Assembly (NCBI RefSeq): GCF_001194135.2
Contig: NC_068985.1
Coordinates: 98,706,508 to 98,759,036, forward strand
Length of the DNA: 52,529 nucleotides
DNA from: Octopus bimaculoides
Taxonomy: Eukaryota
Direction of reading: 5' to 3'
Shown here: piece by piece, positions 23,676-35,380 of the stretch
Layout of the letters: every line of letters begins with the position of its first letter
Numbering within the stretch: the stretch's first letter is position 1
Notes under the pieces: model-generated
Told to the model about the DNA's origin: nothing
Databases searched by the model: none
The model's input: the letters and a program-made list of their open reading frames with translations, nothing else
Translations under genes and position numbers: made by a program

Positions 23676-24888
23676 TTTTAAAAAAACCAAAAAAACATTT
23701 GAATACAAATTTATTTCTGTTCTCACAAACTACAATTCTTTGTTGTTAGGATGATTTGAGAAATAATAGAAGGCCAGGAATACAAATCTACATTATTTAA
23801 GGTGTCCTTGCTTTAATTTAAAACGATGTGATGTGATTCGAAGGAGATTTGGCTATAGAATAATTGTTCAAGTTGACGTTGTGGGAGTTCTGTTATTATT
23901 CAATGTAGACACAAACTAATTAATGATAATAATCGACCTGATATTTTAGTTTGTGGGGTTAAAGATTACGGGAAACGCTCAAGGTTACGTTCATATAGTT
24001 TATGACACTATTGTTATTTATAAGTTGGTGGTGTGGTGGGTCGGTGATGCCGAATCGGTTGTAGCAGACCTGTTACAAATTTGTTTGTGATGTGGGCTTA
24101 AATGACACTGGGATCGATTTTGACTTCAGCTGGATATTTAAGCAGTTGAGTCATTATTAAAACAGACTATAACCCCATCTGGCAAATTTCTGATTTTGTG
24201 CCAATCGTTTCGTATCGATACCAAATTCTATCATGCTTGTCCAATTTAGAGTAGAAAATAACCTAGCTGGAAACCTTCCGTTTGCTTCTATCCTCCTGTT
24301 CAAAGGCGTTCCATATATGACATTTCTACCTTTTTGTTCACATATAGTGTATCTTAGACTGCTTTATCTGTCATGACTGCGTTTCAGAAGAAATTCATGA
24401 AAATTTCGCTGCTATTTCTAGCAACTTGAGCAGCCTCATAGCTGCTAATATGCCTTTGATAATAGGTCTACTTAATCAGGATTGACATTCAGTTAATAAC
24501 CAGGGACACACCTGGAGTTCTTACTCCATTATATAGGTACAGCACCGACTTATCGGACACTGATGGTCCGGAATCTCTTATGATCTGCATTAATTTACCT
24601 TAATGTACAGGTACCAATATTGCATTTAATTATTCAAACAATTTCAATATTTGTTTACTTTAATGTGCGTTGACCAAGGTAACCACACCTTCTTCAGGAA
24701 AAGAAAATCAGTAATTCGGAAAGGCCTTTACGCCAAATGTTCCAAGAAATCGATGCTGTACCCCAACTTAGAGATGCCATAAGACACAATAGGTGGGAAC
24801 TAGAAAGAATATCAGGTTGTTCTTCTTTTGATTACGCGAAATTCACAACTTATAAAACTTGAAAATTTACATTAAATCCTAGGTGAAA

Positions 24889-24976
24889 GTAAAGAATACG
24901 TACACCCAGTGTTTAGGGCTGGGTTAGGATTAGGGTTTTTGTTACGCCGGAAACGGGTGGTGTACGTATTCTTTAC
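24889..24976. repeat. Perfect 18-bp inverted repeat around a telomere-like (TTAGGG) spacer
   Basis: gtaaagaatacgtacacc (24889-24906) and ggtgtacgtattctttac (24959-24976); spacer contains ttaggg-ctggg-ttagga-ttaggg (24913-24935). Confidence 0.85.
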
Positions 24977-25050
24977 CTCCGCCAAGTCCTAGGCTTCAAC
25001 AGTTACTTAGAAATGCTTACTTTCTGTTTAGTCTATTTTAAACAGCCCAC

Positions 25051-25315
25051 GGGCATGTGGCGTAGTGGTTAAGAGCGCGGGCTACTAACCCCAAGATTCC
25101 GAGTTCGATTCCACGCAGTGGCCTCAACAATAATAATAATAATAACATCGAAAAATACCTTAGGAATGAGAACCCAGGTATGAAATTTCCCCCAAGACAG
25201 CTGATGAAGGCTGGAGGGTATATCAGCCGAAACGTTGTGTTAACAACAAACAAGATTAGGACAGATATCCGTCAAATGTAAATAATGTACATAATTCCTC
25301 ATCTCTTACATATAG
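25051..25315 (+). mobile_element. SINE-like family D: tRNA-derived head, (AAT)n linker and Penelope-type 3' region
   Basis: A-box tggcgtagtgg 25058-25068, anticodon-like arm ggg-ctactaa-ccc, B-box gagttcgattcc 25101-25112, (AAT)n ~25127-25145, then a body containing a hammerhead motif. Confidence 0.75.
25196..25241 (+). ncRNA. Minimal type I hammerhead ribozyme motif (Penelope-like-element type)
   Basis: CTGATGA 25201-25207, one extra A, stem II ggctg/cagcc (25209-25213/25224-25228), GAAA 25229-25232, palindromic stem III AACGTT (25231-25236), predicted cleavage after GUU at 25236, stem I gacag(25196-25200)/gtgtt(25237-25241) with a G-G mismatch at the core-proximal pair. Confidence 0.7.
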
Positions 25316-25375
25316 AGTCTATATACATTCCATAGATTTAACTGTTACATTGTAGTTACCTTAAAGCAAGTTTAA

Positions 25376-25454
25376 GGCGACGAGTTGGCAGAATCGTTCG
25401 GTCACCGGATAACATGCTTAACGATATTTCTTCCGGCTTTACGTTCTGCGTTCA
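25376..25454 (+). mobile_element. SINE family B head running into the gap
   Basis: aaggcgacgagttggcagaatcgtt...tttacgttctgcgttca. Confidence 0.75.
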
Positions 25455-25692
25455 NNNNNNNNNNNNNNNNNNNNNNNNNNNNNNNNNNNNNNNNNNNNNN
25501 NNNNNNNNNNNNNNNNNNNNNNNNNNNNNNNNNNNNNNNNNNNNNNNNNNNNNNNNNNNNNNNNNNNNNNNNNNNNNNNNNNNNNNNNNNNNNNNNNNNN
25601 NNNNNNNNNNNNNNNNNNNNNNNNNNNNNNNNNNNNNNNNNNNNNNNNNNNNNNNNNNNNNNNNNNNNNNNNNNNNNNNNNNNNNNNNNNNN

Positions 25693-25800
25693 GGAGGTGA
25701 GAGCACTTTGGGCAAGTGTCTATAGCCTCGGGCCGACCAAAGACTTGTGAGTGGATTTGGTAGACGGAAACTGAAAGAAGCCCGCCGTGTGTATGTGTGT
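25693..25800 (+). mobile_element. SINE family C 5' body followed by microsatellite
   Basis: ttgggcaagtgtctatagcctcgggccgaccaaagacttgtgagtggatttggtagacggaaactgaaagaagccc. Confidence 0.85.
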
Positions 25801-26299
25801 GTGTGTGTGTATATATATGCGTGTATAAATGCATGTATATTATGTATGTATATGTGTGCATATGTGTGTTTGTGTATGTGTGTATATGTATGTATATATG
25901 TGCTTGTATGTCATTCAGTTTATTTCAAAATTTCTTGCCAATAAATAACCGGTTTCTAACCTAGATCCAAAGTTCTTCCACTGGAATTTCAACATCAACA
26001 ACAGGGTATGTATGTATGTATGTGCAGATTTGTATATTTTATGTATGTATTCTCGTGCATATAGTTGCATATCTAGATTTGCTCATATATATTTAAATGA
26101 TAAATTTCTGGAAAGTTTTACAGATTTTTACAGTTCCAGTGATGAATTGGATCTATAGTCTTCGAATTAGCCATGTATTTTCAACTTCAATGCCTCCAAA
26201 AGTTCGGTTAGGCTCTAGCCTCATGAGTTTGTAGGCTCGAGGTAAACTTTGATATGAGCAAACATTTTCTGATTTTTTTTTTCTGTTTTGCAACTTACT

Positions 26300-26497
26300 T
26301 GGAAGAATCACGATTTCCGGTGATGCGAAAATATCACCCAATACATACGGTGAGGTGGTTGGCGTTAGGAAGGACACCCGGCCGTAGAAACCATACCAAA
26401 GCAAACATTGGAGCTCAATGAAATCTTGCAGCTTGCTGGATCCTGTCAAACCATCCAACCCATGCCAGCATGGAAAACAGACGTTAAATGATGAGGA
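26300..26497 (+). mobile_element. Short retroposon family F with (GAT)n-type tail
   Basis: ggttggcgttaggaaggacacccggccgtagaaacc...ccaacccatgccagcatggaaaacagacgttaaatgatga. Confidence 0.8.
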
Positions 26498-27277
26498 GGA
26501 GGAATACATAAGAGATGTATTTTGTCACTGTTGTTAATACTCGAGACAACAAAATTGCTCAGTTAGCCTTGACCCAAAAGGGCTTCTTGATTCATATTTT
26601 TAAAAACCGTTTCGAGTTCGAAAATGACTACTCTATCATAGTTTGTGGGCTATATCCTTCAAATAACATTGTACAACGATTTCTACAGTTGAAAAANNNN
26701 NNNNNNNNNNNNNNNNNNNNNNNNNNNNNNNNNNNNNNNNNNNNNNNNNNNNNNNNNNNNNNNNNNNNNNNNNNNNNNNNNNNNNNNNNNNNNNNNNNNN
26801 NNNNNNNNNNNNNNNNNNNNNNNNNNNNNNNNNNNNNNNNNNNNNNNNNNNNNNNNNNNNNNNNNNNNNNNNNNNNNNNNNNNNNNNNNNNNNNNNNNNN
26901 NNNNNNNNNNNNNNNNNNNNNNNNNNNNNNNNNNNNNNNNNNNNNNNNNNNNNNNNNNNNNNNNNNNNNNNNNNNNNNNNNNNNNNNNNNNNNNNNNNNN
27001 NNNNNNNNNNNNNNNNNNNNNNNNNNNNNNNNNNNNNNNNNNNNNNNNNNNNNNNNNNNNNNNNNNNNNNNNACTGATAAACCTGTAAGACATAAATCAG
27101 TTTGTTTATAACCACCAGAAATGTTTGTTTTACATTTTTGAGAATGGATGTGAATTGTCTTTAACGAGGATCTCAATAAAGTTGGAACTATGGTATCACC
27201 TATGCGCAAATCTAAAAATAGGTAAATTCCAAGTATATTTATGATGATAGCTATCATAATAAACAAATCCTTACAAC

Positions 27278-27291
27278 TCTCTCTCTTTTTC

Positions 27292-27361
<70 letters not shown>

Positions 27362-27365
27362 TCTC
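27278..27365. repeat. (CT)n/(CTTT) microsatellite
   Basis: Direct observation. Confidence 0.9.
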
Positions 27366-27369
27366 CAAG

Positions 27370-27545
27370 AACCGAGGGAGCCTCTATGCATAACCACCAC
27401 TTGCTAGAAATACTCGTCAAAATCCCACATTTTCTATTTTAAAGGGAGGACACATTAAACATAATGCTTGACATGCAAAGGAAGAAAGGTCAAGCTGAAA
27501 CGGCTTTGATCATAATACTCATTAAGGACTCTCCTAGGGCTAAAT
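27370..27545 (+). mobile_element. Dispersed repeat family E
   Basis: gagggagcctcta...cttgctagaaata...gaggacacatt...ctttgatcata...gggctaaa; related to 12660, 22880 and 45950. Confidence 0.55.
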
Positions 27546-28094
27546 TATATCGTGTACTCGTTATGAAACTCTGTTCAACAGATTGCAAAGTAACATTGTT
27601 AAAATAAAAGTAATAGTAACTCGTAGCCTTTAACATCACAAATAGTGAGAGTGATACTGTTGATGTTTAGCAATAATGTATTCATGGTTAGCGATGGTGT
27701 CGAGTTCACCAGAACAGAGTTGTAAGTCTCGAAAGCGCGCAAACTGTTCTTGTTTTCACTGTATTTCTTACTAATGGTTGCCAATCAATCTTCTTTCTTG
27801 TGTGTCTTAACATGTTTGAGTATTTTCGCCGTTCGAGATATGCGAGCAGTATATCAACGTAATGCCGCATATTTAGCATTTATGAACAAGACTTGCAGCT
27901 GGTCAACAACTACGCAGAAAATGGCAATGTTTCCTATCACTGAAGAGAACAAAACCAATATTCTGAAGGCGCTCCTTGATCAAAATCTAAACTTGTGAGG
28001 ATGAAAGATGTCCTCTATAAAGGAAAGTGAGTGGTCACAGGTACTAAGCAAGTTCTGAATGTACAAGATAAAAACAAACTCTAATATGCTCCAA

Positions 28095-28220
28095 AGTTTC
28101 ACACAGTTCCTATCCACCAAAATCCCTTACAAGACATTGGCCAGCCCCCCCCCCCCCAAGGGCTGCGCAGTGAGATTGAACTTGAAAGCACGTTGTCACA
28201 AAGCGCTTACTTGAACCCTA
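28095..28220 (-). mobile_element. SINE family C 5' fragment, diverged
   Basis: ctatccaccaaaatcccttacaag...ccaagggctgcgcagtgagattgaac. Confidence 0.5.
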
Positions 28221-28499
28221 TATCAGCATGAATTAGTGAATGGAAAAAAATGTTTCTAAACGATTTATCAACTGATGGATCGAACGGTCAGTACTCTCAC
28301 TACATTTTTATTCAGTTCACATAATCGAACCTTCTTAAAATTTGATATAACTGGATCCTTTATTCTTCACTGCATGTGGCAAACGGTAGTTCTCTACTTG
28401 AGTGGACTATAATGATCTAAAACATGACTTAAGTCTACACCAGCTGGTACTAAGCAAGATATGACTTGGGCCAACAACGGCCAAATCTTAACTCAACTT

Positions 28500-28672
28500 T
28501 TTGCCATATTCCCGTGGTGTCTATGCATCATATGTGATACATTCTCTACTAGAGTAACTTGTGACATGAAAGAAAAGCTTTGCATTACTTAAACCGTACG
28601 AAACAAAGGCTAAAAAAAACATGGACGTTTAGATCAAACTTATGAAAATACTTTGAACAGACTTAAGGTCAA
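28500..28672. mobile_element. Decayed relative of the piggyBac-like MITE
   Basis: ctactagagtaactt...cgtacgaaacaaaggctaa...aaacttatgaaaatactttgaacag shared with the 21009 and 8794 copies. Confidence 0.45.
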
Positions 28673-29089
28673 TTTATAGTTGTTATAGTCGACATTACTT
28701 TTCAAAACTCAGTCATTAATAAAATAAAGACCGGATATGTTTTCTGTAAATTTAGTTGACGGTGCTAAAAATGAGGATAAGGTCTGCTGAGATTTTGAAT
28801 GCTTGCTTGTATGTGCTAGTCTAGACTGAACCCCGAAACTCAGAAGTTACTCAGATATTCACCGGGGACAGTAGTAAAATCAACAGGAGCAAACCACATA
28901 AAATCAACAGTGCAATCATAACTCCAGACACCAACTCTTGCCAAAGCAAAAAAAAAATCTTTTTTAGCCATGATGAATCTGGCAAAAATAAGAAAGAAAA
29001 AACCTTTTAACTCTCACACAGCACCAACCATTCCTGTTACTCCGGTGCACAAACACACCATTGCTGTCGTTAAACCACAAACCAAATTC

Positions 29090-31920
29090 AATAATACGGA
29101 ATGCACGAGGTTTCTCACACTTCACAGAACGAACAAAAGCATCATATCTCAAAGACCTTGCACGCAGGAAAGGTAATATATGTAGCAGCACTAAGTGAAA
29201 CCCACCTGACCCCAGACATTGGATGCGGAAATACATATGCCAGATTGTTTTACACGGAACTGATTGCAGGATACGGAAACAAGAAGTAGCAGCACTCTCC
29301 ATCGTAAAAACCTAGCAATGTTTTCTCCTCTCCTTTCTTACTCCAACAAAGTGTGCGGTACACTAATAATACATATGATTGATCTCAGTTTGATCATAGG
29401 CATTATCTACCGCCCTCCTGATGCGGCTAACCCCGGAGATCACTTCAGCGATGCTTTATCTATCGTAAGTCAAAACCATAAAACGAGGCCAACCCACAAG
29501 CCAATGTACTTTTAACAGGCGACTTTAATTTCCCTATTCTCAGCTGGCCTCATGGCTTTATCCAGCCTGCAACTAAACAGGAGAGATACGAACGCTCTCA
29601 ATATCACTAAAGACTTTCTCGTGCAACCAAGAGAAATAACATACTCGACCTAGCCTTTATCACCAGTACAAACTTCATTCCCAATGTTCAGGTTATTCCA
29701 ACAGCTATTTCTCACCACAACATTATGCAATTATCTATATATATGATTCAGAGGACAATACACATAAACATGATTCACTCCTCATGAATTTGAATTTCAT
29801 GAAAGTCACGTGGAATGAAATCGAAACTGAAATCTTTAAAGCAAACTGGTTTCAGCATATTGGCAACCTCAATAGCATTGAGGGAATGAAGTTTTGTACG
29901 AGGATCTAATCAAAGTATGTCGAAAGTATATCCCATACAAACTCGCTTATTCCCGCAAGAATTTGATTCTACGAGATAGATGGATATTAATGTATAATAG
30001 AACCAGGCTAACAAACCACTGCTGGGTAGTGTGTTTAATTTATTCACTGAACACCGCCGCGAATTCCCCCTTGTTTTTCAAATATCCCCCCACCATTCTC
30101 ACAAAATGAGGGAGGGAAATGTGTCCTATTTTTCAAATCCTGGCAGCAACACTGAAGCTGGAAGCAGGATAATAATCTAATTCTCCACTTTATCACATTC
30201 AAGAATATAAACACGTTTTTTAAGCATAACACACGCGAAGTCAAAAAGAAACACTACCTTTCACCAGAACACTGGGGTCGGCACTGTCGTTCACGCAATG
30301 CTCTCTCTCCCTAGCGTGCAGCTTCTTATCTCTGACATGTGAGCATGCGAACAACAGCCAAGCACCACGGCACAGGAACTGTGAAGCGCACAGTTCTATA
30401 CAAGGATTTTTCTATTCTTTTTTCATAATCTAGGGAATGGCTACTGACATTACCCTTAAGAATTTTATAATGTACAAGTATGAAGAAACAATTAAAGAAA
30501 AAAGGACTTATTATATTGAATGTTATCGATAATATCGAATGGAAATAGGGGGTGTTGCAGTTTCGCAGTGCCCAGACAGGAGCCGCCACTGCCCTGGAGG
30601 AAACATCATCGATAATACAAATGGTTTTCAGAATGGACGAAGTTGCTTGTCACAACTATTACAGCATCATAACACTATCCTCAGTAATCGCTTGAGAGGA
30701 ATGAACACTGACTCTATATATGTCTTGATTTTGCTAAAGCGTATGACAAGATTGAACATGGGCTAAGGGATCTTGGCATCACAGGAAAACTCAGAGAATG
30801 GTTCTTGGATTTCTTACGAAGTAGGTATCGATCTGTTGCTGCAAACGGTTTTCTCTTTGCAAAATCACCCGTAATAAGTGGTTTACCCCAGTGTACGGTT
30901 CTGGGACCGTTATTATTTATCATCACCCTATCAGGTAGAAGCTCACAAGTGCACTCGGCCAACCTGCTTGGCTACACCGATGTCACAAAGGTATCGATAG
31001 GTATTCAAACTCCAGAAATTGTTGTCACACTCCAAAATGAGCTGAACCTCACTTATCAATGGATAGATAAAAATATGAAATTTCATACATTAGAAACTTT
31101 CAGGTTCTGCATTACGGAAGAAATACATACAAATCACATTGACATCAGGTAACACAGTGATTCAGAGCGCAAAAGACATTGCGGAACTTAGGAGTAATTA
31201 TGTCAAGTGATGCAGCTTTCATCAACTCTATCTCCACACTGACCTCTAAATGCAGGCATTTTATAGGATGGATCCTACAAACCTTCGTGAAAAAAGAACA
31301 AGTAGTTATACTGACTCTATAAAAAATCTTTAGTACTGAGCAGATTAGATTACTGCTCACAGTAATTTAATCTATTCAGTACTAATCTGAAGGATTACAA
31401 AGGATGTTAATCAGTAAAATAACTTTGGTTAAAAGCCTTGATTCCTGGGAATGTCTGAAAGCTCTACATCTCTACTTTCTTGAATGCCAAAGAGAAAGAT
31501 ATACGTATGGAAGATCCTGGATGAGCAATGTTCCAAACTTCGGTATTAGAGAGAATTTTGATGCAGAAACTGGTAGGGACTGTTAGCTTCTAAATATGTC
31601 ACCTTCGAAATTACGAGGAAAAACACATTGTACCAGTTTGATATTTAGAGGTCCTCAATTGTTCAACTGCCTACCGAAAGAAATCGGGATTATAAAAGGG
31701 ACGTCGACTGAAACATTCAAGAAATCATTAGATAAACTCCTACTGATGATACCAGAACAGCCAACCATTTCAAGGATCCGCTCAGGAAAAAGCAGCTGTT
31801 ATAAACTTGATCATAGGCCAAGTTCCAACCATAAAGCTACAACAGAACTCGAAAAAAATCAAGGGAGTGTTGCAGCATGGCCGCAGTCCCGCGACTGAAA
31901 ATACTAAAAGAATAAAAGAA
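29090..31920 (+). mobile_element. CR1-like LINE, near-complete but decayed ORF2 (APE endonuclease plus RT) with 3' tail
   Basis: Motifs in order: NARG (~29099), ALSETHLT, IIYRPPD, TGDFNFP, NNILDL, GFQNGRSCLSQLL, DFAKAYDK, SGLPQCTVLGPLLF, YTDVTK (for YADDTK), RGPQLFNCLPKEI, FKKSLDKLL; many frameshifts and stops; A-rich tail aaaagaataaaagaaaa. Confidence 0.88.
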
Positions 31921-34374
31921 AATGTACTTGACGGTGTTTTGATCGAGCAGACCAATGGCTAACGGAATTCCAACTGTGACCATTCCGCTTTTATAAGATA
32001 TATTTAGTTCTATATTATACTTCCTCCTTTTTTAATGGGAGGTGCTGCTAACTTAGATAGTTTAGTCAAGTCTGAAAAGTCAATATTTATAGCTGGTTTT
32101 ATACGTGGCATTTTTTTTTCGTGTCTTTTGTACATTTTAATGATTTTCCACAAAACAGAACTGATTATGTGGACTTTTAACGTGTAATAATGTCAACTGA
32201 GGCTACATACACACACACTTTCGACAAAATAACTGATTCGAACTGTGTATGTTGATAATCACTCTCTTGATGTAGAAAAAAAAGTTAGAAACGAACCCCG
32301 TAAGCCTTTATCTCGTTTTTCAGTCGACTCCTTTAAGAAAAAGAAAAAAGCCGAATATGATTTTCTACTTGCTTTCAAAAAAAAAAAAAAAAATGTAGGT
32401 GCGTCGCTCTTATAATTTTTTTTTTAACTGCTTAAGGGGACTACATTGACCCCATTCATCTTTTTATTTCTACGATTCAGTAAGCAATGTGTTAGGTTAG
32501 TTACCTCCTACTGGGGAAAAATAAAAGTTGATATTTCACCGAGGCAAATGTTTGGTCATGCTGTCTTTCACCTGATAACACATCGTTTTTTTGCTGACAA
32601 TTCAATGTTAAAACTTTGTCCAGTGTTGATTATATTGTTCTAATTGAAAATCTCCCCACAAATGATATAATACTAATAATCATTTACAGTGCTTTTAGTC
32701 ATAATGCATGTGTATTATAGGGATGTGAGTGCCGTAAGAAATTTAGAAGGAAAAAAAAAGGCAATTTTAACAAAAAGACTTGTAGTTCAAACATCATTTA
32801 TCATTCTTCATATCAAATTCCCTCGACATGCTTGATAACCTCTCGTTTTCTTAGCTAGCTGGGCTTTAGAATAGATTACAGGCAAAGTGGGTTGCCTCTA
32901 TTTTTTTTTCTTCTTTGTAATGAAGTTAAGGACGTTGTATTTGTTCAAAAGAAATTTTCCTTTTCTAAAGATCTATTTCTATACTCCTAAGCGTCGCTCT
33001 CTCTCAACTTGATTGCTATTTTACTGGAAGTTTTTACGAGATTAAAATTTTAGTACACGTGTTCTCTCGATTAGATTTTCTGCATTTTATTATTTTATTT
33101 TTTTACTAGTTTTAAGTCATTAGGCTGCGGCCAAGCTGGCAACCTGCCCACTAAAACTTTCGTCCATTATATTGACCCAGTATTTTGTCTGGTACTCTTG
33201 GGAAACAAAAGGCAAGTCAAATTTTGCGTAAATGATGTATAATACAATTGGGACTAAATATCGAAATGCATATTTGTTCGACACATCGATCCTGTTCAGC
33301 CATTCCATATTGTCACTGTCACCAATTGTTTAGAATTGAGAGGGATTGTCCTCTAGATTTAACTTTTGTGGGTTCACGTGTGGCATCGTAAGTCTTTCCG
33401 AGGGTCACGAGTCGAATCACAGATTAGGTATTTTCTTGCTCTGCGGAAGAAGAGGTGATTTTTGAGTTGGTCCCTTTGTGCTGCTTTCTGCATTCATATT
33501 TGTCATCGAAATTTTCAGTTCATGTTCTGTCATATTGAGGTGTTAGGTACCTGTCTCAACAGGTACCGAATATTCCTCCAACGAATTACACTCGTACACA
33601 CTGACGTCACACTTAAAATTTGCTTTAAGTACGTCTTTAAACTGATTTTGGATTTTCTCGAATGTAACTTCCTTTATTTAGCAGGGAGGCAAAAAAACGT
33701 TGTTTAGACAACCGATTGTCTGCTATTCGTTCAATATGGCCAGCCCATCGAAACTGATATCGTGTAATTATGATTTTAATGCCGAAGATGTTAGCTTGCC
33801 AGTAGACATCAAAATTTCTCCCACATCAGTTTCCACTCGATCTTGACAATTAGATATTTTGGTTCAACGATAAGTTCAAGACGATTTGATGTGAACTGAA
33901 CCCGGAAACACCTGGTTTTCGAAGGGAAGTTCCGATGCACACAGCCAAGCTTTCGCCAACAAGCTCTTGTAATACTCTATTTCTACGGCAACAGAAGCAA
34001 TACAACTAGTTTTAGTAACTGTGAGTTGAGAGGAATAACTTAAATGGGTCAAAGGTATCAGTTTAGATAGATCAGGTAGTGAATGATGTAAACAAAAAAT
34101 TTTAAAAAATCTTTCATAGGTACTTGAAATTTACCGCTTTCTTCAGAAAATAAACAACCTAGCAGTAACTGTTAATGACTCTATGAGAATGGGAAAATAA
34201 TTCCAGGAACTTAAGAATTTTCGCAACGCTATTGAGTGGATTGATGGAGAGGAAAGAGATTTGATATTCGTTAGCAGGTGGAATTATTTCGATATTCTTG
34301 AACTTCGTTCGCAAAGCATAGCCAAATTCAAACCTGCCTTGTCAAAAGACAAAAATATTGCCAAATACTCTCTC

Positions 34375-34690
34375 TCTTTTACCCTCTTACTTGTTTCAGT
34401 CATTTGACTGCGGCCATGCTGGAGCACTACCTTTAGTCGAGCAAATCGACTCCGGGACTTATTCTTTGTAAGCCTAGTACTTATTCTATCGGTTGCTTTT
34501 GCCGAACCGCTAAGTGACAGGGACATAAACACACCAGCATCGGTTGTCAAGCAATGCTAGGGACACACACACACACACACACATATACATATATACGACG
34601 GGCTTCTTTCAGTTTCCGTTTACCAAACTCACAAGGCTTTGGTCGGCCCGAGGCTATAGTAGAAGACACTTGCTCAAAATGCCACGCAGT
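34375..34690 (-). mobile_element. SINE family C, well preserved, 5'-truncated, with internal (CA)/(TA)n
   Basis: cttacttgtttcagtcatttgactgcggccatgctggagcactacc...gggcttctttcagtttccgt...ggctttggtcggcccgaggctatagtagaagacacttg. Confidence 0.9.
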
Positions 34691-34997
34691 AAAAAAAATT
34701 AAAAAAAGAAAAAACTTTGCCTGTGGTTTAAATAGTCTGTGGCTATCTAATAGAAAATACGAGCTCAGTGGAAATAACTCAAGTAGGTCAATGGCATGAA
34801 ATTAGACGAACCAGATCGATGTAATGAACGAATACGTACAAATATTCAATTTAAATTGATCCCTATCGATAATAAAATGATTTAACAATATTTAGTTTTA
34901 GCTTTCACACAGAACCACAAGCTAGTAAGGAAAGGAGATACTGCCAGTTGAATAAATTTCAGCAGAGTGTGAACTGACAGATATTTTACTCTGACGT

Positions 34998-35380
34998 GGA
35001 GGCGCAATGGCCCAGTGGTTAGGGCAGCGGACTCACCGTCGTAGGATCGCGGTTTCGATTCCCAGTCCGCGCATTGAGTGTTTATTGAGCGAAAACACCT
35101 AAAGTTCCACAAGGCTCCGGCAGGGGATGGTGACGAACCCTACTGTACTCTTTCACCACAACTTTCTCTCACTCTTATTTCCTGTTTCTGTTGTGCCTCT
35201 ATTTCAAAAGGGCCAGCCTTGTCACACTCTGTGTCACGTTGAATCTCCCTGAGAATTACGTTAAGGGTACACGTGTCTGTGGAGTGCTCAGTCACTTGCA
35301 CGTTAATTTCACGAGCAGGCTGTTCCGTTGATCGGATCAACTGGAACCCTCGTCGTCGCAACCGACGGAGTGCTAACCAA
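34998..35380 (+). mobile_element. SINE family A, full length
   Basis: A-box tggcccagtgg 35008-35018, B-box ggtttcgattccc 35051-35063, ~380 bp; two further copies in the window (8490, 15543). Confidence 0.9.

Noticed and set aside
25051-25123. Possible genuine tRNA gene (anticodon-like ACT loop)
   Set aside because: T-arm and acceptor stem do not pair; interpreted as a tRNA-derived SINE head
33546-33567. 9-bp-stem hairpin ggtacctgt/acaggtacc, a possible Helitron 3' hairpin
   Set aside because: No CTRR terminus downstream and no other Helitron features
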